A stretch of 63,965 bases of DNA, the filler included, from Folioceros fuciformis (Eukaryota), in assembly GCA_049999805.1 (NCBI GenBank). It is 7 parts of 7 records of this genome, joined end to end, with 100 filler letters (N's around TTAATTAATTAA, not from the genome) between each part and the next. Parts side by side here need not be neighbours in the genome. Positions count along the whole stretch, not along the records: positions 20,078 to 30,481 come from JBNGIO010000896.1; positions 30,582 to 43,790 come from JBNGIO010000898.1; 5 more parts are not named here. One strand, given 5' to 3'. Of the stretch, positions 23,938 through 34,524 are shown in pieces (the first letter of the stretch is position 1; every line of letters begins with the position of its first letter). The position numbers and the translations under genes are program-made. The notes beneath the pieces were generated by a model. The model had not been told where the DNA came from. It saw nothing but the letters and a program-made list of their open reading frames with translations, and ran no database searches.

Positions 23938-24787
23938 CTAAGCACTAACAATATGCTCCTGTGTGGGATCCTTGAGCCCCCGCTGCAACATAGCTTGCAC
24001 CTGTTGAACATGCTCATGAGGATCCTGCAGCATGCTCTCAACTAGTGTACGGTGATTGGCAGCCTTGATAAGATCTGCCAACTTGCAGGTGATTGTGGTG
24101 TTGCTAAAATAGCTGTCATAGTGTTGCTCCTCCTGCTCAGACTCCTGGTGATCGTCATCATGCATATGGTTGCTGGCCAGCATAATTGCTCTGTTGTCCG
24201 GGCCTGCTACACATGCTTGCCGTTCCACAAGTGTCGCGGTGTCAGCCTCTGCCATGCCATACAGCCATAAGGGTAAGTGTGCTACCCTCCTTCCACCTTG
24301 CTTCCAATCTAGCCGGTAGTACGCTTGCTCTGTCCAATTGTCCACACTCAAGCCTGGTGGAAACAAAAATTCTTGACCCAACAGCACGTCAAAATTTGTG
24401 GCTGTTGTCACCAAGCATGGAAGGCTCAGTGTCATGGCATTTGGAGTGCCAGGCTTGAGTGTGATGTCCATAGGGTGGACAGTCTCTCCCGAGACTGGTT
24501 CGATGGCTCCTATGTCATCCTTATGTTCCAAGGAGAGCTCTTGAGCGCTGATCCACTGAGCTTGAGCCTTGCTGCTAAGGCTTTGCTAATTATCACTCGT
24601 TGGGCACTAGTGTCCAGCAATACCACTCTCGGAGCATACCCATTCACCGTGATGTGCCCAGCATCATTGTCAACAAGTGCATTGCCGACTCTAACTGCCA
24701 AGCGGTTAGTGGGCTGAATCCTTGGAGAGCTCATGGGTCAAGCAGGTTGTCCTCCAGCTGCTGCAGCATCAAGCATGTATGCTAGTA
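23938..24787 (-). mobile_element. Ty3/Gypsy gag C-terminus, aspartic protease and linker
   Basis: VVLLDTSAQRVII (DTG-like active site) and NFDVLLGQEFL (C-terminal retropepsin motif). One frameshift near 24520. Confidence 0.8.
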
Positions 24788-25924
24788 CACTCCAGTAGGT
24801 ATGCCTACAACCGTCCGTGGCAGTTAGGCCCCGCATTATGCATGATGGTAGAGTACTTCTACATGGACGGATTGTCCTGACTATCACTTCGGTGGCCAAG
24901 CCGGCGGGACAGAATCCAGCATGCCAAACACTTTGAAAATTTGACTCCATTGTAAATACTAATTTTTTCCAATCCACTCCGTCTCATCGAACTCCGGAAA
25001 ATATCTCCGGTGGACCATCATAGTAAGGCTCTAATAGGTATTTTTGGGGCTGACAGCAACCTACACGCCAAGTTTGAGCCAAGCACGCCAATGTTGATGA
25101 CGTTTAGGTAGCGCATGGGGTTAAAAAGTGGAAGAGAGTGCACCCCAAAGGAGAGAACAAGAGCTCTGGGAAAAGGAGGACTGCACAAGAGGCCCCACGA
25201 CGATAGGAAATCGATATGGGGAAGTCCAAACCAAAAGGAATATCAAAAGACATCGAAGCTGGGCACAAGACAACTTCGTCGACAAGGGAAGCAAGCTTTA
25301 GGCATGTTTCTAGAAGCCAGGGCTGGAACGAGACCAAGGGACAGGAAAATCTAGGTGGGGCAGCCTTGGAGATGGACCCAATGATGATCATCATGGAGGA
25401 GCTAAGTGTTCTACCAGGGATGGACTTGGAAAGCCCATTTACAAGGAAAGAGGAAAAAGCATTGTACGACATATATGTTGCCTTGCCTAAATAGGATCTC
25501 TTAGACAAGGAGTGGTGTGTCCACAAAGAGGGGCTGATTGCACCTTGCCCAACTTTGATCCCATCCCCGGTTCTTTGGGTGAATGGCTACCTTGATGCTT
25601 CCAAGACCTAGAAAATCGTTGTGAGCTACATCCTTTGGGTGTGGAAGTACAAGGTTCAAGCCCAAGTAAGAGTGAAAATGCTAATATGTCTTGTGAAGAA
25701 GAAATTCTTTCAACACAAGTCTAATGTACATTACCTCCTCACGTTGTCCACCAACAAGCTAATAACTCGCCGATGCAACAATGCGGACTTGTGAAACGGC
25801 CTAGGAAATGCGTTCACAATGGACAAGGTGAGCTTTTGGTTGAAGTTTTGCGTTGGATGCTTTCTAATCAAGTAGCACTTGGTGTCCCCAACGTCGCACC
25901 AACGACAATGCAAGGGTGCTGGTG

Positions 25925-26135
25925 TGCCCCTGGGCGCGCCAGGGAGGATGTAGAGCACTAGTGCACTCATGGGTGCGCCAGTGAGGATGTAGAGCTTCTG
26001 GTGTACTAGTGAGGATGTAGATCCACTACCTCGCCCTTGGGCCCGCTAGGGAGGAGTTAGAGCCACGGGCATGCCCTGGGTGCTCTAGAGAGGAAGGATA
26101 GCCTTTGGTGCGCCCTTGGGCATGCCATGCAGGAG
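25925..26135. repeat. Degenerate GC-rich ~38-bp tandem array
   Basis: Recurring ...gggYgcgccagNgaggatgtagagc... units. Confidence 0.6.
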
Positions 26136-26320
26136 GGATGGCCGTTTGTGCGACCGTGGTTGCCTTAGGCCATTTACTGCGGTCATGTTCAGGCTTGGGC
26201 TATTGGCTAAGAATGTAAGCCCAAACCATCCATCATCTTCTAACCTTTTTCCATGTTGTCGTGCAGACATTTGAGGCAGTACTTACCTTCATCAAGAAAG
26301 AGATCGTCATTGGATTGATC

Positions 26321-28626
26321 ATGACAAAGATGGCACACGAGGCCGAGGAAGCAAGATAGAACGTAGGAGATCACCTCAACATTCAGCGCAATCAGTTTGC
26401 GACAAGTTCTCGTGAACCGTCATTTGCAGCCGGCGAAGATGAAGTCAACCTTCGAGCATCCATGACATTGATACAAAAAAGGATATTTGTGAGGTGAAGT
26501 TGAAGAAGTATACAACGATGCTAATAGTGGGGACTAGATGAGGAGGAACCCAAAGAGAAAGATCCCAAAGACCAACCGAGCGAAGAAGACGAAGACGAAA
26601 ATGTGTTTCAAGAGATGGCTAGTGAAGGCGCATCAAAGCGGTCCTTGAACATCTCTGAAAAAGCCAGTGCAAAGACATTATTGCATAGCCTTAATGCCTT
26701 AGGGAGAAAATCATAGGCGATCCTACATGACACATTGGGTGAAGAAGAGAAGTTTGACTCGGCGTCTAAAAGCGATGATGATCTTGAACAAATTGTCGCA
26801 AACTCCCCGGTCATTCGTAAAGGGACAACGAATGTGAAGGCCAGCAAGAAGAAAAAACAAGGCAATATGAAAGAGGCTTCGACATGAAGAGTTAAAACGA
26901 AGGTTATCTTGACTGATAGCGATAGAGTTGGCAGGGCCTTGCAGCATAATGATCCTATCAATCTCGTGAGGGAGTCTGTGCATCGCAAATGATGTATTCC
27001 GCATACAGACATGGTCGCCATAAATATTTTGTGCTCAACAGATTATCTAACCAAAGATGCCCAAATAAGGCGAGTTGACAAGTCATGGGGAAAGCATGTG
27101 CTACGCGAGATAAATAAGGGGCTAGTACAGAAAGGCATTATGCCCTTGATGTGCATGATCAACCCTAAGGAGTGCCCGAGGAAACTAATAATACAGGCCA
27201 TATCCTTGTCCCATCGTTCTGTGTAGTTTCCTCTTGGCATATCCAATATGAGCAAATATTGGATATGGCCTGTATTATGATTGGCCCAATTTGCTCATAT
27301 TGGATATGCTAAGAGGAAACTACGTAGAACCATGGGACAAGGAATTTATAGCCGATGACCTGGAGGAGGTAATGGAAGGATTTTTCAAAGTCATCGAGTG
27401 CCAAACATTCAAAGTTGTATGCATGCACGGACAAGATCAGATGTAGGATGTGACAAATGTCTTGCGGAAGTGGTGTGTGAAGGGAGGTGTACAAACTATG
27501 GTACGGAAAAAAGACCTCGTCGCAAATGAGGGGCTATACAAAAACTATGAGTACATGACAATAGGATTTGGGGTTCATCCATTGAATGAAGATATTCAAA
27601 AGAGCAATGCATTGAGCAATAGTGCGGCAAAGGAGATTGGAGCAATGCTTGGGATTATCAAGCACAACGTTGTCATAAAAAACTGATCAATGTGTCGAAT
27701 GATGGCTGAGTTGTAAATCCATATTAGAAGCCACTCGAGTTGATGGTTCTTTTACGTGGGCTCTTGAGCGATGAAGGAGAATGAGTAATAGATGGATGCT
27801 ATGGGAGCAAAAGTGGTGTGCTTTTGCATTAATGGAAGGGTGGAATTGTATTGCCATTGACCAAGACCAATGACATACCATCTTCATCGAGCAAAGAATC
27901 ACGAGCCATGAAGTGTTTCGATCGTATGAGGAAGAATTGACAACGAAGCCTCGTACACGAGGGCATTCACTTTCTTTTGCTCGAGAGCTTTCTGTGGAAG
28001 GTCATTGAAACCAAGGGCGCACGTAATGCAAATGGTTGAAGGGAAGACTGCACCAATGGACCTCCAAGAACTCAATCAAACGTAAGAACATGCAAAAAAG
28101 AAGACGAAAGGAAGGGGAAGGGAATTTGATCATGCACCTGTAGAGGATTTGGGAAAGGGAGCGCCGCGACACTCCGATGACGAGACCTGGGACCTTGAGC
28201 AACTAGAAACTTTCATGTCCAACCCATCATCCATGTTTACGAAAGAAGACCACCAAGACCGTAGTTTGTTATCGGGCCACAAGCTAATGAGAGACACATA
28301 ATTGTCCCCATGACAGAGCACCAAGACTCTCCACTGCATGAAGGGTAGTTAGTGGCCGATGATAGCAATGTAGATGTGAAAGAGCTTTGGCGTGCACAAG
28401 TGTGCGCCATGAATGGCTATGATAATTGTAATACATGCTTATGTTTGATGGTAATGCCATCAGCTTGGCATGTCAAAAATCTTTGCTTCAAAGAATGTCT
28501 ACTTTGAAACCCATAGTGTACTATGTGTCTAGCGTGCCCAACCTAGAAATGACAAAACTTAGCGATCAAGGAGGGTGGGAAGAGGGGAAACCGTGTGCAC
28601 AAAACAGACCCGAATTATTTCAGTAG
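26321..28626 (+). pseudogene. Beta-class N4/N6 DNA methyltransferase gene with acidic N-terminus and putative ParB-like domain (degenerate)
   Basis: Manual translation: QIRRVDKSWGKHVLREI...PLMCMINP (~27011-27185); LLILDMLRGNYVEPWD (27291-27338, motif IV position); VVNPY*KPLELM (27710-27745, motif X); SDEGE*VIDGCYGSKSG (motif I); ALMEGWNCIAIDQD...FIEQRI (to 27900). Stops and frameshifts present. Confidence 0.8.
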
Positions 28627-28648
28627 GCCTAGTTGGCCTACTATGAAA

Positions 28649-29650
28649 TCACTCGTGTGCATTCATGTCCTTGGTTGTTACTAGCAAGTAGAACAACCAC
28701 TTGATACGCTCCTTGCTGGGAAAATGCCACATAACCTTATGAGGCACATTTTCCCTCACAAGCCTTGGCTTCCCATACTTAGCGCATGTTGTGTTCACCT
28801 TGTATGGGCCTCTATATAATATGCAGTAATTTTGGCAAGCAAATATTTATGAACCTTCATTCCCAAACTACCAGAACCTTTTTTGCGGCTTCGATGCTTG
28901 TGGGCAAACAATTGGGAGTGGGCAAAAATTCATTGAAAGCACCCCGCAGCATGTCAGTAACAACCACATTGGACATGCCATGCCTTGTTCAAAGGCCGAG
29001 TATCAGCAACATCCATGTCAACATATTTTCTTTTAAGTGCACTCATTGTCTACAACCCATAATAGAATTCTTCGCCTTAGCACGACACCAAGCATCTACC
29101 ACCTGGCCACACATGTGGTTTACATTGTCTATAAATTCTTGTGCTATGTTCCAATGGGGAAGGACATCCCTTGAATCACTAGCTTCCGTGTTCACCTCGG
29201 ATGTGCCATCGATATCACTAACATTCGAGTTTGACATATGGTTTGGATTTTCGTTTGACAAGCTGTCCATTTCATTTTCAGCACGTATGATGGCTTCCGT
29301 ACCCTCGTTTTCCAACGACAGGCTATCGTCATTTGGGTGGGTGTCATTCACCACCATATTCACATCTCTGCCAGCCTGTTACAATTAAAACCCACCGTCA
29401 TACTATGCTTTTGTTTTCATGCAAACATGTACTACGGACAAACCCATCTAATGAACCTAAAGCCATCTAAGCAAAGCATCCTCCATGTTTTGGTGAATGT
29501 AGTAACGGCAAGAGAGTGTGGTAGGATTAGCGTGGGATGGATGCAACTTCGCACATTTGCGGTATGGACACCGCATGTACAACCCCGTTCTTTGCGCTCA
29601 TGGCATGGTGGCGGGCCCATGTTCAGCAAATCCCCCACAAACCGCGTCGT
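28649..29650 (-). mobile_element. CACTA (En/Spm) TnpD-like transposase N-terminal relic
   Basis: MRCPYRKC...LDGF..W (transposase-associated domain), then RHGMSN...LPTPNCLPTSIEAAKKVL and ACQNYCILYRGPY....C....R....VPHKVMWHFP..RIKWLF, the conserved TnpD N-terminal blocks. Confidence 0.82.
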
Positions 29651-30581
29651 TCTTCAGCAAGCATACTTAGGCTTGGCCTTGCTACCTGAAATTGTGCACA
29701 TGATCAGAAGGCGAGGAATAAGCCTTAACAAATCTAGACAAGTGCGGAAGCAATGACCACATCCGAAGTCACACCCAAATTCACCCGCACTGTAGATCAT
29801 GCACAACCGGCACACCTCGTTCAGCTTGCTCAATCATGGTCGAGTTTGCGGGAAAGTGAATTCCCCATAGACAAAAACTTGTGATCTAGTCTACCAAAGC
29901 AAATCCAATGATTTGGTCTACAAGCTCTCTAGTTTCTGAAGCTTCCTGCTCACCGCCGTCGTTGTAGAGCGCGTGAACTTTGTGCTGAAGGTTGGTGGAC
30001 GTGGGCGCAATTAGCCAAATCCCCTTTTCATTGCAACTCCTCCACATGACAACTCTCATACAACAGCTAGCAACCACCACACTCTCAGCCTCAACTCCCA
30101 ACTCACTATAGAAGGTCGTGTGTATCGGAACTCCCCTCGAAATAATCAAACAACAGGGACTTGGTAGTTTTTTTTGTTTTGATCAATAGAGTGATTGAAT
30201 ACGCTATGGGCAACCTCTTTTATACCCAAAAGTCTCCTTGGCCCATGGCAGTTTCACTCTTCAGCGTGGTTTTGGCTACTAATAATAGGTCCTCGGGTCT
30301 TGACAATGGGAGAGGGCCGGACTCAAAGTCCCTTGGACATTGGCATTAGTGTTCCTTAAATATTGTTTTTTGCAATAACTCATCCTTGGCTCATGGCCTA
30401 CGAGGACGGGCTGGGCCAGGAGTTCCTTGGCTCTTGGTGGTTTGGAATAACCAGGAGCCTACATAAGAAGGAGGGGGGTATNNNNNNNNNNNNNNNNNNN
30501 NNNNNNNNNNNNNNNNNNNNNNNNNTTAATTAATTAANNNNNNNNNNNNNNNNNNNNNNNNNNNNNNNNNNNNNNNNNNNN

Positions 30582-31208
30582 CTCCAATTGTGCCCGCTGT
30601 GTCCCTAAGGTGATTGCTGTACGATGTGAGTGCTGTCTCTGCCGCTGGAGCTGGCGGATGTTTTTTGTGTTGAGTGGTTGGTCTGTGCTGTGATGGTGCA
30701 GGACAAGGCTGTGAAGCGGTTTCTTGTGCGTAACATAGTAGAGCAAGCGGCAGTTCGTGATGTGCAGGAAGCTTGTGTCTATGACCGTGGGTTCCCTACC
30801 CCCTACCCTCCGACTCCAGTCGTCTGGCATAGGTCAGGTTGCAAGTCCTCGGGATTAGGTCGTCGTTCGTATTCTCTTGATTGTTTCTCTCGTCTGTGCA
30901 GAGTATACTCTCCCCAAGCTCTATGCTAAGATGCAGTACTGCATCTCTTGTGCCATCCACTCCCATGTGGTGCGGGTGAGGTCCCGGGCTGCTCGTCGTA
31001 TTCGTGAGCCTCCTCAAAGATACAGGCGCAAGGTACAAAAGAAGGAGAAGTATTTGATGTTTCCCAGCCGCGAGGCAAGGGAGTTTCCTGGTTTCTAAAT
31101 CGTGCTGGTCTTGTTCGTGTGTGGCTTTGGCAGGAGGATGGCCCGCCTCGTCCAGCTCCAGCAGGCGGTCAAGGGGCACCCCGTCCTACAGCTGCTGGAC
31201 CGAAGTAG
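30582..31208 (+). CDS. RPS26: 40S ribosomal protein S26 (eS26), 5'-partial; exons 30582-30609, 30702-30786, 30902-31032, 31134-31208
   Basis: [29 protein letters not shown]...[28 protein letters not shown] with in-phase GT-AG introns. Confidence 0.96.
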
Positions 31209-31288
31209 CATATTCATGCTCATTTCGGGTTTTAGGAATTGAAAATTTTGCAGCACAAGGCTTTTGCGTGTGTAACGTGGGCAGACGA

Positions 31289-33811
31289 TCAATCAATTCT
31301 TTTTTGTGTTTGGAGCTCAGCGCTCTGTCTGGTTGAAATTCTAATTCTATCATCTTGGCCACTATCTGGAGCGAGAATGACATCGCTTAAATCCATATTA
31401 TGCACTTGCGACGTGAGCATGTCTACCATAGCGTAGACTTGGGAACCCTGGCTGTGGCTTTCGTCTCCTACCAGGAACATATGCATCTCTTCCGCCAACT
31501 CAACCCAACTCTGACCTGGTTGCTTCCATGCGCCTGCACGAGCCCTTCGCTGCTCGATGTCGTTCACATCGTCCCACCTTTGGGCGTAAGCATATATACT
31601 CGACATGAGCCCATATGCAGCGCAGTGTTTTGCGTCCAAGCTCACAGCTTCGTCAAAGGCGCGTCTTGCAAGCTCCACGTTGCCATGCTTCCTGCACGCC
31701 CCGAGCAATGACAGCCATATTCTTCGATCAGGCCGCATGGGCATTTTGCGAATCATCTCTTTTGCTCCGCACAAGAGTCCTGCACGTCCCAGTAGGTCAA
31801 CTATGCTCACATAATGCTCAGGTGTTGCCGGGATGCCAAACTCTTTGCCCATGCGTTCAAACAACTCCACCCCTTTATCCACCATGCCGGCATGACTGCA
31901 AGCAGACAGCAGGGACACAAATGTCACTGAATCCGGCTGATTGCCAGCTAGCTGCATTTCTTCCAGGCATTGTAGGGCCATCTCACAATCGCCTCCCCGG
32001 GCATACCCGGCAATCAGTGCTGTCCATGACACCACATTGTGTTCGGGTATGGAATCAAACAAGCGCCTTGCATCCACCATGCTGCCACATTTGCCGTAAG
32101 CATGAACCAGAGTGTTTGCCAATCGCAGGCTGGCTTGCAGACCAGTTTCAGCAACAGCCTGATGGATCCCAAAGCACATCTTCAGAGCTCCGGTGCTGCA
32201 GCAAACCTTTAGGATGCTCAGAAAGGTCGCCTCGTCAGGCCTTACCCCAGAATGTTGCATCTGGGCATATAATTGCACAGCCTTTTCATATTGGTCTTGC
32301 TCGGCATATCCTGCAAGCATGGCATTCCATGATACTAGATTTCGATGGGACAGAGAGTCGAACACATGTCGTGCATCCGCTATGCTTCCACAGGTAGCAT
32401 ACATGTGCACAAGAGTGTTACCAACGAACATATCTGAGCAACAACCAGTAGTCAAAGCTTCAGCGTGGATCCACTTGCCTGTCTGTAGGGCGTCTACTTT
32501 CAGTAGATGGTAATCTATGAGGGTCTCCTTCTCCTCACCAGCCACAAGGCCACATGCTTTTAGCGAGCTCACAAACGTCCACTCATCAGGGATGACTTTG
32601 CACTGCTGCATCTGAGAGAAAATGTGCAAAGCCTCTTCGCCCAGATTCTGCATCACGTACCCCGCAATCATTGCATTCCAGGCTGCCACGTTGCATTGGG
32701 GAAGTGTGTCAAACACATACTGTGCATCCATCATGCTTCCACACTTGGCATACATGTGAATGAGAGAAGTACCAACAAAAGCATCCAGCTGAAACCCCAT
32801 CCTGATTATGTCCCGGTGCAAAAGCTTGCCCATTCCCAGTGAGCCTGCCTTCATGTCTCGCCCATCCACAATCGTCCTCTGCTCCCCCGAAGCCAGACTT
32901 GCACAAGCCTTCAGCAAGCTCACAAAACATCTAGCCTGAGGCCTCACACCTTCTTTCTGCATTTGAGAATAGAGCTGCAGGGCTACGTCACCCTGCTCGT
33001 GCTGAGCATATCCTGCCATCATCGCAGTCCACGCTACAACGCTACGTGGGGACAAAGCATCAAACACAGCCCGAGCATTCATGATGCTTCCACATTTTGA
33101 ATACATATCTACCAACGTGTTGCTAACAAACAAGTCTGATGCATAACCCATGTCAGCTGCTTGCGCATGTATGAACTTGCCCCTTTGTAGAATGTCCACT
33201 TTGACAAAATGCCCGTCCACCAACATGCCTGTCTCCCTGGCAGCAAGGCTTGCACAAGCTTTAATTAAGCTTACAAACGTTCGGTCATTAGGCCTTATTC
33301 CGTCTTCCTGCATTTGCCCATAGAGCTCCAGAGCTTTACCAGCTTGCTCTTGTTGAACATATCCAGCAATGATGGCTGTCCATGAAACCACATCTCTCCG
33401 AGGCATGTTGTCGAACACATCTTGTGCAGCCACACTGCTCCCGCACTTGAAATACATATTTACCAACGTGTTTCCGACATACAGGTCATCTTCATACCCA
33501 TGCTTGACAATGTGCGAGTAGAGACGGTTCGCTTGCTCAAGGTCTCCTGTGCTTCCACAATCCTTGATTAGACGGACAATTGTGTACTTATTCCTGGACT
33601 CCACCCCCTGGAGCTTATGGTTCCATTCTCGAGTCTGATTCAAATGTACATTGTCCACTAGGCAAGCTGAAATTCCCACTCTTGGGAATCTGCACACTGC
33701 AGAATTTCCACTCTGGAGACTCCGCAGTGGAGAGAACACGGTTCCACAAATTCCTGCCATTTCCAATACCCACGCTTGCGGGGCTGCAAGCCAGGACTTT
33801 CCACTTGCCAT
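31289..33811 (-). CDS. PLS-class PPR protein with E1/E2/E+ C-terminus, intronless, probable transit peptide
   Basis: 840-aa ORF with five P-L-S triplets, E domains and WKQPGQSWVE PG box. No HxE/CxxC DYW core. Confidence 0.95.
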   Translation of the reverse strand: MASGKSWLAAPQAWVLEMAGICGTVFSPLRSLQSGNSAVCRFPRVGISACLVDNVHLNQTREWNHKLQGVESRNKYTIVRLIKDCGSTGDLEQANRLYSHIVKHGYEDDLYVGNTLVNMYFKCGSSVAAQDVFDNMPRRDVVSWTAIIAGYVQQEQAGKALELYGQMQEDGIRPNDRTFVSLIKACASLAARETGMLVDGHFVKVDILQRGKFIHAQAADMGYASDLFVSNTLVDMYSKCGSIMNARAVFDALSPRSVVAWTAMMAGYAQHEQGDVALQLYSQMQKEGVRPQARCFVSLLKACASLASGEQRTIVDGRDMKAGSLGMGKLLHRDIIRMGFQLDAFVGTSLIHMYAKCGSMMDAQYVFDTLPQCNVAAWNAMIAGYVMQNLGEEALHIFSQMQQCKVIPDEWTFVSSLKACGLVAGEEKETLIDYHLLKVDALQTGKWIHAEALTTGCCSDMFVGNTLVHMYATCGSIADARHVFDSLSHRNLVSWNAMLAGYAEQDQYEKAVQLYAQMQHSGVRPDEATFLSILKVCCSTGALKMCFGIHQAVAETGLQASLRLANTLVHAYGKCGSMVDARRLFDSIPEHNVVSWTALIAGYARGGDCEMALQCLEEMQLAGNQPDSVTFVSLLSACSHAGMVDKGVELFERMGKEFGIPATPEHYVSIVDLLGRAGLLCGAKEMIRKMPMRPDRRIWLSLLGACRKHGNVELARRAFDEAVSLDAKHCAAYGLMSSIYAYAQRWDDVNDIEQRRARAGAWKQPGQSWVELAEEMHMFLVGDESHSQGSQVYAMVDMLTSQVHNMDLSDVILAPDSGQDDRIRISTRQSAELQTQKRID

Positions 33812-34524
33812 TCCATCATCTCATCTTGTTGGTTCGGTCCTCAATGTCACAAAAGTCTCCGACGGTCCTACTCTTCGTGCTGAAGCTGAAGCGCTTGTCA
33901 AAAGCCAGAGAGAGCATATCAATACTCCGATGACCGAACTAGGAACCAGGAATTCTCCACTCACTGTTGAACTGTGCAACCTTCACCATAGCAGCTGCAT
34001 CCAAGGATAAACTACCGTGGAAATACGCGGGGAGCGTGCCAGGCACCAGATTGAGCTCAGTTCCATCCTCGATTTTTGCAACAGGATCTGTCAACTGCGA
34101 ACACACATAAGCATGCTGAGAAGCGGACGTATTATCCTCCACGCCTTTAACCCGGGCAGTTGAATTCAGTCTTGCAACGTTTGGTGTTTGCTGCACTGAA
34201 GAAAAAAAGGGCACGGTAAACCGCCGTATGGTTTCCGTTTCTGTTACCGGAGTGTGCACCGGAATTGAGGTTCCAGCTGAGCAGATCGTACAATGCTGGC
34301 GTGTGGTGTCACGCAGACTGGCGGCAGCCAGGTCCTAGTCGATCGGACACATAATATACTCCAAGTCAATCACATAGAGCACTGGTCTTCTCATCTTTCG
34401 GGCTCTATGGCCAAGGCATGGCTTAAGAGGCAAACGTGCCTTCGCTTGATTTCCGAGCGACAGGTCGCCATCAGATACACCAACCAGCTTCCTAGACAAC
34501 ACTCTCGATGTCCGCAATTGTTTG

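Noticed and set aside
24788..24800. CACTA terminal inverted repeat (CACTCCAG)
   Set aside because: It sits near the Gypsy breakpoint but mismatches CACTA, and no partner end or 3-bp TSD is visible in the contig. Not called as a feature.
26321..27900. Bacterial or phage contamination as the source of the MTases
   Set aside because: The MTases are degenerate and interleaved on a gap-free contig with plant-type Gypsy and CACTA relics, with no operon-like structure.
28100..28260. Additional MTase motif IV region (DLGKG...TWDLEQL)
   Set aside because: No DxPY-like motif, and it lies downstream of motif I. More simply the acidic C-terminal tail.
33939..34259. Separate small gene between PPR and MCD
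   Set aside because: Non-ATG start and no motifs. Probably UTR or intergenic sequence.
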